Shown: piece after piece, positions 12,824-29,700 of the stretch
Numbering within the stretch: position 1 is the first letter of the stretch
How the letters are laid out: every line of letters starts with the position of its first letter
DNA from: the human T2T-CHM13v2.0 reference genome, Homo sapiens
DNA length: 64,000 nt
Assembly (NCBI RefSeq): GCF_009914755.1
Contig: NC_060936.1
Reading direction: 5' to 3' (one strand)
Program-made: the position numbers and the translations under genes
Notes under the pieces: generated by a model
The model's database searches: none
The model's input: the letters and a program-made list of their open reading frames with translations, nothing else
Told to the model about the DNA's origin: nothing

Positions 12824-13796
12824 GAGGCATGGCTCACAGTCTCAGGGAACGTACAGACCCAGGTGTGGATGGGGAGAGGTGAGAAGCAGGAGCATGGAAA
12901 GAGAGTGAGAAGAGCAAGGGGCCTCCAGCCGGAACCCTGGCTTGGGCAAGGTTGAGTGCAGAGCTAAGCCCTGATATGCCCTGGTGAAAGCCGCAATCCC
13001 TCATGCTTGATTGTGTAGCCCTGCAGGCCTGGCATGCTGACTCAGCGCCACAGAAAGGAGCCCCTCCCTGAAGTCCATAGGTCACTGACTGCCTTGCTTC
13101 TCTCCGAGGTGGAGAGGGCCCTGTCCTGCAAAGGGCAGGAGAAGATGGAGAAGCAGAAAGTGGCAGGCACTAGCAGGGGAGGGGGGCGCTGGAGTCTTTG
13201 CATTTCCCTGCCACTCTGACTGTGTCTTCCTTACTCCCGCCGGAGAAAACACACACACTAACCGAGTCGCCAGGTGCCATTTTGCCCAGGCCTGGAAGGC
13301 TTCACTGGGATTCTATACGGCTCCCCTGCCCCCGCCTGGTGACATTCAGCAAGCGGTATTCATTCTGTACAAAGCTGTTTGCCGAATAAAAGGATATAAA
13401 TCACCCATCCCCTTGGAGACTAAAACAGCCCAAACCGCAGCACTCTCCCAAGAAGCAGCCGATGAGGAAGAGCCGATGAGAAAGCCTCTGAGAGGGGAAG
13501 GGTGTGCTTCCCAACCGTCAGGCCTGTGCGGAAAGGAAGAGGAGGGAGAGAGCAGCTGCCACCTCGGCTGCTGGTCTGTGTCTGAGCATCATGAATGCTG
13601 TGACATTTGCTTTCAGAATTCGGCCCTCAGCGCTCTTGGAAGCTGACATCTCCATCCTTTTGTATCTTATTTTCACAGAAGACACATTCCAAGAAGGAAT
13701 GTATTCTTACCAGGCCTTATCAAATGACAATAATAGAAGGCATTCTGAGCTCAAAGAGCCACACCCATTCCAGTGTTTACCTGCAAAGGTTTCGCT

Positions 13797-14086
13797 TTTG
13801 GTTTTTTTGAGACAGAGTCTTGCTCTGTTGCCTGGAGTGCAGTGGTGCAACCATGGCTCACTGCAGCCTTAAATTCCCAGGCTCAAGAGAACCCCTCACC
13901 TCAGCCTCCTGAAGAGCTGAAACCACTGGCATGTGCCACCACACCTGGCTAATTGTTAAATATTTTTGTAGCGATGGGGGTCTCACTGTGTTGCCCAGCT
14001 GGTCTCAAACTCCTGGCCTCACACAGTGCTCCCACCTCAGCCTCCCAAAATGCTGGAATTACAGGCATGAATCACTAGGCCCAGCC
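13797..14086 (-). mobile_element. AluJ element, antisense
   Basis: T-tail, gagacagagtcttgctc...ccagcc. Confidence 0.9.
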
Positions 14087-14224
14087 TGTTTGTTTTTAGA
14101 GAAGAAATCAGCCTCAGTTTCCTCATTAGTAAAATGCTGGTAAGAGTACCTGTCTCATATGAATCAAACGTTTTCAATGTACATGAAGTGCCTGATGCTT
14201 AGTAAGTTATCTGTAAATGTTAGC

Positions 14225-14372
14225 TCTTTCTTTTCTTTTTCTATTAGAGACAGGATCTCTCTTTGTCACCAGGGCTACTGGGCAGTGGCATGATCAAAGC
14301 TCGCTGCAACTTGAACTCCCGGGCCCAAGTGCTCCTCCTACCTCGGCCTCCTGAGTAGCTGGGACTACAGGC
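14225..14372 (-). mobile_element. 5'-truncated Alu (right arm only) inserted in a MIR-like segment
   Basis: TSD taaatgttagct at ~14214 and 14373. Confidence 0.85.
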
Positions 14373-15259
14373 TAAATGTTAGCTATTTCATTATTATCTT
14401 TTCTACTTAAAAGCACAGACATTAGAACCCTCCACTCCCTGCCATCCCATTCCCCGCGCACAAGGAAACCTCCTCAAACATGACTCAAACTCAGGTCTAC
14501 TAGGCAGACAATGAGAACTTGCTGGAACTTGCTGGGCTTTGCTGGGAAGGGGGTCAGCTCAATCTGGGGAGCATCCTGCAGCCTGAGGAAGCCCGGTCCA
14601 GAAGCTGAGAGTCACGCGGTGGCAGGCCAGCGGCAGGAGCCAGACAGCAGCCAGAGCTAGGGCCCTCTAGGGCTGGAAGCCTCTCCCTCTCGGTTTTCAC
14701 ATGGCTGGGGAATTTGGCTCTGCTCTATTTCCTTTCTGAAATGTTCGCTTCAGCAGGTTTAAAGTCCAGCGGATGGGGAACGTTCCATGCTGGCTGTGAG
14801 CGGCCTCTTTCTGGCCTGGATGATTTTTTCTGGTGTGAATCCCATGCACGTGGAGAGCATTGGTGTCTACCATCTCCATGAAATGCAGGAAGGCAGCTTC
14901 TGGGTTGAGCTGCCGGAAGAAAGCTTCCTGGGTGTTCCTTCCCTCCACTGCGTCTGCTCCATCCTTTGTTAAATTCCAAGACCTATCAGGGTTTGACGTT
15001 TGGGTCAGATTTCATTATTTTATTTCCATGGAAATATGTTGGCCAGAGTATAACAGATTTGTTCTTCTTAGAGGACGTTTAGAAATGAAGACAGATTGTC
15101 TGTCAAATTCAACAGTCTGGAAGGCTCTGGCCTTTCATTGCTAGGAAGAAATCATTTGAGAATGTCCTGCCCACATTGCTGTGTATAATCTCAGTTACCT
15201 TATTCCTGAGGAATTCCCATGAGGAAGGGGAGAGCAGGCTGGGGCCCAGGCAGACCTTA

Positions 15260-15811
<552 letters not shown>

Positions 15812-17148
15812 TCAAAAGTGGTGTCTTTGGGGTTATGGCCTTGACCCTTCACCTCTCCACTCTCTCCTGCCCCACTCCCACCACAGATAGACAAGGGATT
15901 CTCCTGAACAGTCAACAGTTGTGAGAGTTTAAGACCTACTTACTTCTGTAGCTGGAGACCTTGGGACCTTCAGTCCAGGATTGAGACTCCCTTTGGCTTC
16001 GTCACTTCGGCATATAAATTGGACTTTTATATAAAAATGGACCTACCTGCCACCCAGTCCTCCCCTGACTACTCAGGCCTTTGCTCTGGAGGAGTCAGTC
16101 TCCTCTGTGTGATAGCTGTGGCTGCAACAGGCCACTCGGACGTGGGCCTTCTAGAAGGGTCTTCCGGGGTGTCACTGTCTCCAGGGCAGGGCTGTCATAT
16201 CTCCAGGAGGGCCGTTTGTGACCAAGCAGGCCGTGAAATATTATGCCAGCTCACACAGATCAGCATGTGCTGTGTGCCACAGGTGCTGTTCTGAGAGGCT
16301 TACATGCAAAACCTCGTTCCATCTTCACAGCGACTCCGGGAGGGACGTGCTGCTAATCTGTACCCAATGAAGGCACTGAGGAACAGAGAGGTTGGGGAGC
16401 TTGCCCACAGTCACAGAGCTGATCAGTGGCTGAGGTCTGAAGCCAGGCACAATGACTCATCACCTGAGCCCTTAACCCTGCACCATCCAGCCTCCGTGCG
16501 TCATTCCAGGACCCCTGTGGTCCGGTTGCTCTCACAGTCCTTGTCAGTCCCCCATCATGAATCATGACACTGAAGACCCCTTAGACAATCAGCTGGTCCA
16601 GCCCTCTCATTTTACCCTGGCAGAAACTGAGGCCCTGGGGAAAAGAAATGACTAGTCTCCTGGCCAGCGGCAGAGAAATTGAACAAAATCAGGTACTCTC
16701 CCACCTCTTACCTTGGCGTTATTTGCTATGCCCCGATCCTCTCAATTTGGGAAGAAAGCACAGCTGAGAAACTGATTCGTAAGTCTCAAGAGGTCTGAGC
16801 CAGATTTAGCTTCCTCTCTCTGGTGCATGTATATCTTAAAGGGCCGATGGATGGCTGTCTAATGATACAATTCCAGGCAGAATTAGTCGGTGGGGCAGGG
16901 AGGGGTCCTGTCCACTGACAGGCGGGTCAGCCCACACCTAATGAAAATGATCATGTATTAAGCCCTGTTGTATACCAGGAACTTCACACCCACTGCCTCC
17001 TTTAACACTCATAACACCCCTGCCCAGTAGATGTTCTCAGTGTTGTCTCCATTCTCAAGGTGAGGAAATGAGCCACCAAGAGGCTCCATGACTTGAAGTA
17101 ACAGCTCCACGGCCTTTTCTTAATCCACCCACTGTTATTGGCATAGAG

Positions 17149-17333
17149 CAGTGCTTCCAAAAGGTGGTCCCTGGACCAGCAGCGTCAGCTTCACCTGGAA
17201 GCTTGTTAGCAATGCAAACTCTCAGTTCCCGCTCCAGGCCCACTGAATCAGACTCTGCGGCTCGGGGCCCAGCAATCCGTGCACTAATAAACCCGCCAGG
17301 CAATTCCAATGCATCACTCAGTTTGAGACCCAC
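17149..17333. mobile_element. MER5A hAT-Charlie DNA transposon fossil
   Basis: cagtgcttccaaaaggtggtccctggaccagcagc...cccactgaatcagactct...agtttgagacccac. Confidence 0.8.
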
Positions 17334-18499
17334 CAGCAAACAGGGATGCTGCCGAGCCCAGCAAAAGAAAAATCAGCTCAGGGCTTCTAAATTGTAAGGG
17401 TAGTTTGAACTTAGTTCTTTTGGTACCTGAGTCTCAAGGTGTGAGTGGCAGCCAGCCCTACCCAGGCCCCCTCAAAAGAGAGGTTCTTCGTCCTCATGAC
17501 ATCACCAGGAACACTGGCAGATCCTGCATCAGCTTCCTTCTCTTCTATTTTCTTAGCCGCATCGCACTTTGCCAAAACGCCTTGACCTTTGTTGAGCATG
17601 TTATGAATTCTGACGAATAAAATAACTCTCTGGAGGATGGGGATATTTTTAATTGAATTGTAGAAGCCAACAACTGCCAAATAAAGCCAGGGTTTCTACA
17701 TTCCGTGGCAATAGGTGGTTTAGCTTTCCTTCCTAATCCTGAAACCTGGGCTTAGTCTCAGCCAGGAGCACGAGCTAGGGCTTCACCTTCCAGATCTTCG
17801 CCGTCTCTTCCAGCCAATTAAAAATCCCTGCTGCTACCATTACCTATTTTCAGCTCCCAACCAGTTCCTTTGTCTGCCAGACACTGTCTTGCTATCATTA
17901 AAAAAAAAAAAGAAGGTTGAGATGATGAAATTCATTTTGATCACAGGCGTGTAGGACGCTTCATTTCCCTGCAACACAAACTGATTCCACGCACAGATCA
18001 ATGTTAACAAGCAATTTTATGCAAGATTGTACCTGTTTCTTCAGAGGCAGGGAACATACATCCTTTTTCCCCAACGCTTGTGAGGTATTTGCTGCAGACC
18101 TTGCAGAAGCTCACAGGAAAGAGGGGGAGGCCTGAGCAAAACCGGTACCACTCGTGATCCACGCGCGCATCAGCAGCACCTCCTGAGACAGGTCCGGTCA
18201 TGCCTCGCTGGAAGCGGTCTAATCGGTGCCCATTGCTCTAGTTCTCAGCACTCACTCACTTGCATGTGCAGTGGGAGGAAGGGGGCCTATGCCCTCCACA
18301 CTGCCTCACTGCCTGGAGTCTGGAAGCCTCGGGGCCATTTGCAAGTCCATCACAGGTCTCGGTGTCAGCTCCGGATAATCTTGGCAGCAAAGCAGGCTGA
18401 GTAATCCTGGGCCGTTGGGTAGAACTTCCAAAGGCACAGGCCACTGAGGCTCCTTCTCCAGCTGCCGGCATGCAGTCATTCCTGGTCATCTCTCACTCA

Positions 18500-20950
18500 C
18501 TCATTCATTCATCCCACAAAACAGTGATTGGGTGCCCATACACCAGGGAGGCAGAGATTAAAATAACTGCCCTATCTTGAAGGAGCCCGTAGCCTCGTGG
18601 GGAAGACAGGCAGGCAAATGTTATGACACAGGGAGATAAACGCAATGGTCGACAGAAGGTGGGTTCCGGGGACAACGGAGGTCAGGGAAGACTCCTAGAG
18701 AGGATGAGAGCTAAACAGAGACCTGCAGGGTTGGGGCTGGGCAGCAGGAAGAAATAACAGCATGCACCAAAGTGGGGGCGTGAGAGCCAGGCTGCAGGGG
18801 GGGACCATGCTGGGGAAGCGGCGAGAGAAGCTGGAAGCAGACAGGGCGTCTTTGCTTTGCTGAGAAACTTGGGTTTCACACTAGGGATGTGGGGAGCCCT
18901 GGGAGAAATGTGAGCAGGGACATGAGCTATGATGCCAAGTTAGCAGCCTAGAAGGATGGCTCTGAAGATGGTTTGGAGGCAGGGAGACTGGTGAGAAGGC
19001 TACTGCTGTTAACAGCCATGATGAGAAACGATGAAGCCCTAAACTGCGGCTGTGGGCATGGGGAGGGGAGAAGTTGGCAGAGCCCAGGGCCGTGGAGAAG
19101 CAGCAGGGCCATGGCCCACGTGGGAGGGAGCCAGGCAGCCAGCGCACAGCCAGTGGTCTCCGAGCTGATGAGAATTCAGAATACGCGTGTGCTTCAGGCC
19201 CCCTGTGTTGGTACTCCATCTACCAAATAAACACGTACAGATTTTCCATTTCAGAGGCAGGGAGATGCTGGATTCAGGGACATTTCATCTGAAGAATCTA
19301 TCAAACTAGACATTGTCAAATATTTACTCAAGCAAGTTAGACTGTTAGCTAGCTAGAGCCACTGGAATGGGGGCAGCCACTAGCATGGGGGCAGCCACCT
19401 GGACAGTGGTTGTTGAGAGGGGGATAGGGCCCAGTTTCAGGTCAGTGAGGATGGGCAGCTGCAATGGATGAGGGGCTCCTCCAGAGGAAAGAGTCCACCT
19501 GGGGAGGGAGGGTGATGGAAGCCAAGAAGACGGTGTTTCCAGAAGGGAGCAATTAACCATGTCGATGCTGCCAAGGGGCTGGGATGAGGACAGAGATAGG
19601 CCGTTGGATTTGGCCACATAGCAACCAGCAATGGCCGTGACAAGAGAAGTGTTAATGGTGCCTGGGGTTGGATGCTTGAGTGGAGCAGGTTGAAGAGTGA
19701 ATGGAGAAGAGGAAGTGGAGGCAGCAAAGAGGAGAGAAGAGAGGCAGTGTCTAGAGAGCAACGAGGGCTCAAGGCAGGGTTCTGATTTGTAAGATGAAAA
19801 AGACAAGCACTTGGGTGCTCCTGAGGATGATTCAGTAGAGGGGAGGCGTGGTAGCTATCTGAAAGAACACCTCAAACTTCGTGTGCCCCAAGATGGAGAC
19901 TCCGTCTCTCCAGCATGTGTCTGCACCATGATACACTCACACTAGAGAACGGTACCTCCAGGCCCCTGGGTGCTCCTGAGATGATTCAGTAGAGGGGAGG
20001 CGTGGTAGCTATCTGAAAGAACACCTCAAACTTCGTGTGCCCCAAGATGGAGACTCCGTCTCTCCTCCAGCGTGTGTCTGCACCATGATACACTCACACT
20101 AGAGAACGGTACCTCCAGGCCCCTGGGTGCTCCAGCCAGAGCTCCAGGATGCACCAGTGATGCCTCCCTTTCCTCACTTCCCACATTCCCTGCACCTCGA
20201 GTCCCATCTGTTCTTCCTCTAAGATGCAGCTGGATCATTCATTCAGTTTGTTTCCACTGCTCCTGCCTTAGCCCAAGCCCCATTATCTGTAGCTTGGACC
20301 TCTGCAGTAGCATCCTAACTGGGCCCCTGCTTCTGTCTTCTTCCCTGCCCCTCTGCCATTCATTTTCTCTCCAACAGCCAGGGAAATCTTCTTAGAACAA
20401 ACAGGACCCTGTCGCTCCTCTGATCATACCCTCTATTGTGTCCCAGTGCATTCAGGATAAACTCCCAAATCCTTCTCATGACCCACAAAGCTGACAGACT
20501 GAGCCCTGGCTGCTGCCCCACAGTCACCATTCTCCCTGTTACTGTCTGCACTGCAACCTTGCGGACCCTGCCTAGGTCCTTGAAGCTCCTCCCTGCCGTG
20601 AGCCTTTGCATATGCTTCCTCCCTTAGCCCACCTGACAGCTCTCCCCTCTCTCCTTCCTTTGGCCACCTCCTACTCATCTTTCAGGCCTCAGCTCAAATG
20701 CCATGTCCCCAAAGAGTCCTTTCCAGACATACAATATAAAATATATCTCCTTTGTCCTCTCCTGGAACCGTCGTTTCCCTACATAGAACTCATCATGACT
20801 ATAGGTAAAGAATTATTTTTGACTCTGTGTTCAATGCCTGTCTCTCCCACCAAGACAGAGACTGTGTTGCTGGCCACTTACACCAGGTCCCGAGCACAGC
20901 CTTGCACACGGGGCCACTCAGTGCTCGTTGCTGAAAGAGTCAACCAGCCA
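18500..20950. mobile_element. Cluster of L2 fragments in both orientations
   Basis: cattcattcatccc tail; purine-rich L2 antisense segments (18500-19850) then pyrimidine-rich L2 sense (19855-20950); recognised by eye. Confidence 0.6.
19812..20133. repeat. ~156-nt tandem duplication with 10-nt microhomology
   Basis: tgggtgctcc at 19812, 19967 and 20124 brackets two near-identical copies. Confidence 0.93.
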
Positions 20951-22659
20951 CTGCCACAGGGCACAAAAAGCACCAGAAAGGGGAAGGCAGGAGGTCAGCG
21001 ATATGGACCCTGCTGTGGGCTCCAGGTGCCCAGGCCAGCTCTGAACCTGCAGGGTGACCACAGAGCCCCCGTGCTGACTGCCCACGCATGCACCAAGAGG
21101 CTCTCCTGTGTAACTGTGTCCACGGGCTTCTCCTTGGCCTCTCACAGGTCCCCACCAAGCCATCTGGGTAAGATCACAGCCCCTAGGAAGACATGCATTA
21201 GTGCCAGCCACTGAGCAGCAGAGAGCCAGGGAGAGGTGAGGGAGAGGAGGGCACAGGGGACCACCTGCCCCAGGAGATGTCAGCAAGGAATGAGATGTGT
21301 GCAGCACGCCTGTAGGGCTGGCTGTCTAGTGTACTTCAGTCTCATATGTAATAAAAACATAATGGTACAATGGTTCATATTGCACAAGCTTGAGAAGATG
21401 AGGTCATTGCACACGTAGTGAAGCACTTAGAGCCATACTCAGTACAGAGAGCTCGGAGGGAACTCCCCCGACTTGAGTAAGGGACCTCCCTGCCACCCCA
21501 CACACACACAGGAGTGAAGAGAAGAGAGCCCAGTGGGGCAGGGAGAGGCCTCACAAGATCAGGAAGCTGAAAGCCTGCTCTCCCTAGCTGTGGGAGCATG
21601 GGGCCAGCCCTACGTGGCATTAGTTTTGTCTTCTGTAAAATGGGGAGATGATACACCAGAAAAGACCACCCGGGAATGTGTGGTGCTCTTTACCTTAAAG
21701 ATGACCAATGAGGAGAGATGACTCCAGGCCACCCTGGGTGGAGGCTGCAGCATGGATTTGGTAAACTGCCCACACTCAGCTCCCCAAGAGGATTCCAGGG
21801 CAGCAAAGAAGGCTGGAAAGTGGGAATTAGGAGTGCTGGTAGACACTGCAAAATAAGAGAAGCAGCAGGACAGAGAGTGAGAGAAGGGGAGGGAGCAAAA
21901 GAGGGCACGGTGCAAGCAGAAGCTTATGCTCAGGGAGTGAACAGAGGAGGCTCATGCTGTAGAGGGCCGAGGCTTATAGGTGCTTCCAGGGGGACACGGA
22001 CCCTGGAATGAGCAGGGCTTATGGTAGACAGCACAGTCCCACCCCCAGCCACCTTCCCCAGGATGACACAGGCCCCATCAGGAACGCAAACAGTGATCAG
22101 TGATTCCCCCTAGAGGAGGGTGGGGATGAAGCCACCAGCCAGCCAGGAGTGCTGCTGCGGGTCGTCTGCCCCCTGCCGTTGGGAGCGTCTGCAGTGCTTC
22201 AGAGATGGCCCGTGCCTCCGGGTGCCAGTCCTGAGAGGTCACCTGGTCCAACCCCCAGCTCTCCAGTGAGGAAGTGGCTTCCTCAGGCAGGAGGGTAGAG
22301 TGTCCCACCACTCAGCACAGCTTCCTCCCTTCCAGCTAGGGATTTCACAGCCAGAAAATGTCATTTTTTCCCCCAGGGTCTGAGAAACCCAGAATAGCAC
22401 CTGTTCATGAAACACAGATACCCTGTGGTGGCAAATGCAGTGAGGGGAGGAAGGCAGGACGGCAGGTGCATAGCCAGGGGAAGAACTACATCTGTTTATG
22501 CCTCCATCCACCCCTCCCTCACCACCCCCATGCAAAAGCAGCCCCGATAGCCAGGTGGGGACACATGCCCCTAAGGACGGCTGCCTGGTGGCCTGTGAGT
22601 TGCTGGACTCACTTTAAAAGCCGCAGTGAGGCCTACCCTTGCACTCAGCTCAGTCTTTG

Positions 22660-22828
22660 GTTTCACAATTTAGGAACAACCGGGAGATCTTGCAGAGAAT
22701 GCTGATTCCCAGGCCTTGCCCCCAAATATTCTAATTTGCTGGGTCTGGGGTGGGGTCCAGCGAGCTGCATTTTAACAAACCACCTTATGACTCCGCTGTG
22801 GGGTCCTGAGAGCACACACTGGAAGATG
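22660..22828. mobile_element. MER5-family fragment
   Basis: gaatgctgattcccaggcc...ggtctggggtggggtccag...ctgcattttaacaaac. Confidence 0.6.
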
Positions 22829-25714
22829 TTGGATGAGAGGCCCTTCCAGCTCCACAGCCCAAGTGTCCACCCCTGCAGCCCTCCCCGCTTCGAGGCCCAC
22901 GAGGGGTGTATTCAACTCCCATTCTGTGGGCCGACTTTTCAACCTGGCTGCTTCCCCCATCCCGGTCCTTGGCTCTCAGGCTCTCAGCTCACTACCGGGG
23001 CTTTTAGCAGCAGACTTGAGTGAGTGAACGGCTGCTTGTCACCTGAGTGAAGGGCTGGAAACTAGGCCATCGTGCTTGGCTGGGCAGATGCCACCCTCAC
23101 CAGCTCCCGCTGCCTCTGCGGCAGCCTGCCCCCACAGTGCCCTGGGCCTCCCAGCACCCCCACCATTGCAGGGTGAGACCTGGTCCATAGCCCTGGGGCA
23201 GAAGGCACTCAGAGAGAGGCTCTGGGAGGAACGTGGATGTGGGAAGCCGGGTGCCAGGACCTCAGCGTTCAGAAACAGGGAAGGGGTGGGGTGCACGACA
23301 GATGGGGGCAAGTCCTGGGGAGCAGCAGGATGGCACTCAGAGGGACCAAGGGCCGTTCTGGGGCCCTGAGGACCCAGGCCTCTTTCTTGGCCTCATAAGA
23401 GTCAGCGCCCCTGGGCTGAGAGGGTGGCATCTGGCCGCTCCATGCCGCCCCCACCACAGTCCGCGGTGCACTTCACATCTTCATCTCTACCAGACTTCTT
23501 CTGTCTCTTCCTCTTCCCCTCCTGTCCCTTCCTCTCCTCGTGCCTCTCTGTCTTTCCGCCTTCCTCCCTGTCTCTGTTTTTCGCTTGTTCTTTATCTCAG
23601 TCTCCGGTCTTGCTCCCTTTTTGGGATCTCTCTCCTGCCTTTTCCTCCTTGCCTGTCCCTCCCTTTCTCTCCTTGCTCTCTGTCGAATTAGACTTTCCTT
23701 GTCCTTCGCTGCCCCGCCCCATCTCTCTGGCCCACACGCTCTGACCCCCTTGCTGCGTGACCATGCTGGTTCACCTCCTCCAGGCTCTCTCTGTACTCAT
23801 CGGACCACAGCCTCTTGGTCACCAGCCCTGGACAGTGTCACTGTGTGGCTCTGTTGTGCCCAGTTGCTGACTCCTGATGGGCTGGGCTACAGGAACACAC
23901 GGATGTGGCCGCATAGGGCCTTTGGCACTCACGTAGGGCTGCAAAGGGTGCAGGGTGGAGGTGAGGAGGGCCACCGGGAAATCAGAGCAGCCTCTCGCCT
24001 GGCTGGCTCTGGAGGCCCCTGTTCCCCAGCCGGCAGCTCAACCTCAAATGCCCTGATCCTGGTGCTGCCGATTCTCATGCTTGGGCAAGATGCTGGCCTC
24101 CACCCCAGCCCCACCCTCACCTGCCCACTGTCCCGGCCAGCAAGCCTGAGAGGAGTGGGCTTTGACCAAGCCAAGGACAACTCATAGCCTGAAGATGGCC
24201 ATGGGCCCTGCCTACGGGAGAGAGGCGAAAAGGAAAGAGGAGGAGAGACTCCCAGCTCCCTCTCGGCGCCCCCTCCCTTTCTAAGAGTCTTCGGTGATGC
24301 ACTTTTCTCCTTGTTCTCCCCAGAAACCTGTGGGAGGCGGAGTCCATGGACCACCAGGCCCTGACCACCTCCACTGTGGCGTCTCCCCTTGTTTTCTCCT
24401 AAAAACTGACGGCAGAGTTGGGGGTCTCCAAGTCTTCTAGGCAGTGGGCACGAATGGAAGCTGAGGTCATGGAGGAAGTGGGTCCACCTCAGAGCTCATG
24501 TCACCATCACAGGGCCACTCAGCAGGCGTTTTCTGTGCTCTCGATGTGGTGGGCAGGCAGGCCAGGGGACCATGGGAGCAGAGTGGGACTGCTTGCCGGC
24601 AGTGGGCAGTGTCAGGGGCAGTGCAGGGGCTGTGCCATAGCCAGTGGGAGGAGACTAGGGTGAGTGGGTGTAGAGTGGGCAAACGTCAGCTCCAAGAGCC
24701 CAATCTAACGCGCTTGGTCTGCGTCTCCCAAAGGGAAAGCAATGCCCAGGGGACATTGGGTCCCCTGCTTTTCCAGGCCTGGACTCCTGCCTTGCTGCAC
24801 ATGGCCCTGGGGACAGGGCACCCCAAAGGAGGGTGAGGCAGGGTGAGGGGACTGGGAGGGTTCGGCCTCAGACCCTGCAGTGCAGAGTCCCCTGGATCGG
24901 GCTAGACCAGAGGAAGGCGCCTGCTTAGCTGGGGGGAACTGGCATGTGACCCCACACCCCCACCCACACACACTGAAGCTCGGGATGTTCACAGGCAAAC
25001 CCCCCAGGGTTGGAGGCAGCATTTCAGAGGTAGCAAGGCCCTTGGGGAGCAGGGACTCCAGCCTCCTCCCTTTTCAGAAGGTCACACAGAGGCCCCAGGA
25101 GTGAGTGGGCAAGCCAGAGTCACACCAAGTTCGCAGGAGGGCCCAGACCAGAATCTGACCCTGCGTGTCACGCTGTCCCCTCACGTTAGGCACATTTGTC
25201 ATTTACTCTTAGGCTGTGCCTCCCATCACAGCCTCCCCTGAGGGCTGGGGCAGCTGGGGGGAGCTGGGGCAGCTGTGGGGAGCTGGGGCAGCTGGGGGGA
25301 GCTGGGCTGCAGAAAGCCCCAGGGGCTTGAGGGGCTCTGCTCCTAACTGTTCAGCCTACAGCAGAAGGGATCCAACGGAGGACTCAGCCCCCTCAAGACC
25401 TAAATGAGAAAGTGAAATTTAAACCTGGGAGAAACACAGGCTCCTAGCGGGTCTCTGAAAGAACAGAAGAATCAATATGTTTACTGTATTATTTATGCTG
25501 AAAGCTTTGCTTGGGGTACTCTGAGGTTAAGAAGGAAGGAACTGGGATTTGGAGTTGGAAGATCCGAGTTCAGCCTCCCTCCACCCCTGTGTCCTGGGCC
25601 ACCAAAGCCTCTCCTGGCCTCAGGGTTTGGGTTCCGAAAGGGCTACTGTGGCAGGTGGGAGGAGATGGTCCTCTTGGGGCATTAAAGGGCGACCCCCGGG
25701 GGTGAGTAGCCTGA

Positions 25715-25942
<228 letters not shown>

Positions 25943-26321
25943 TAAGGCCGCTTCCCAGCTCCACTCCCCAACAGACCCCAGCGTGGGGAAGCCGGGCCGC
26001 TGTGAGCCTGGGAGACAGGAGATGCTATCAGGAGGGTTGGACATTGGGCCAGAAACACCCCTTCTGGTGTGGGCAGGAGGATGGCTGGGGAGAAACAAGG
26101 GAAGGGAAGAAAAGGGACCGACCCCTCGAGCTCCCCAGGCTGGAAATGTGGGGCATTTGGGGGTGTGGGGAAAAAGACCAGAGTATGGGACAGACACTGG
26201 TCTCCCTGGACCTAAAGCCTTCGGAGAGCTGGGATACCCCCTGGACACCCCCTTCCTTTGTTGGGCCCGGGGGAGGGTGGGCGGGGGCTCAGCGTCCGCT
26301 CTGCATCTGACCCCCCCACAG

Positions 26322-26488
26322 CCAGCGCTACTGCATGTGCAACCCCGAAGTGGTTCAGCAGTTCCACAACCCCGACACCATCTTCATCCTCGCCTTCGCC
26401 ATCATCCTCCTCAACACCGACATGTACAGCCCCAACATCAAGCCTGACCGGAAGATGATGCTGGAGGACTTCATCCGAAACCTTCGAG
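26322..26488 (+). CDS. IQSEC3: IQSEC3 exon 7 (Sec7)
   Basis: ccacag|C CAG CGC TAC; [55 protein letters not shown]; donor G|gtgagg. F/A/L in place of the Y/S/M residues of brefeldin-A-sensitive Sec7 domains fits the BRAG family. Confidence 0.97.
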
Positions 26489-26964
26489 GTGAGGAGGTGG
26501 GCACTGGGGCAGGAGGGGCAAGGCCACGGCTCAGGCCCCATTCTGTGCACCGTGCATTCTGTGAGTCTGAGCCCCTATCACAGATGGTCACCTGCTGTCT
26601 GGGCCTGGTCACCCATAGCAAGCTGGGAACATTCCTTGTGAGCCAGGCGGCTGGGGAGTTTCCGGCATGCAGCCTGCCACCGCCACCGCTCTACCAAACA
26701 GCAAGCGCCCTTGGGCAGTGCCTCTTGCCCTCCGTGGAACATGGTTGGCCTCTAGGCCCCTGACACCAGAGCTGGCGGCTCAAGTGGTGCCAGCCCTTCC
26801 CCTCCACAACTTACAAGGAAGGAGCCAGGAGCAGGGCCCTGGGTCCATTTAAGTCAGCCTTGCAGATAACTGTATGGCACCAGCTGGCAAGTCCTTCTCT
26901 CATCGATGCAGCGCACTGCCTGGCAGGGAGCAAACCAGGACTGGCAGAGTGTGATGTGTGCGCA

Positions 26965-29700
<2,736 letters not shown>

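Noticed and set aside
12471-12908. Repetitive-peptide ORFs (HEPWHPSTAL, VCVCVC)
   Set aside because: Translations of the 30-nt minisatellite and (GT)n
13385-13390. Intronic AATAAA as a premature poly(A) site in intron 5
   Set aside because: The hexamer is common by chance; no GU-rich downstream element or supporting terminal exon
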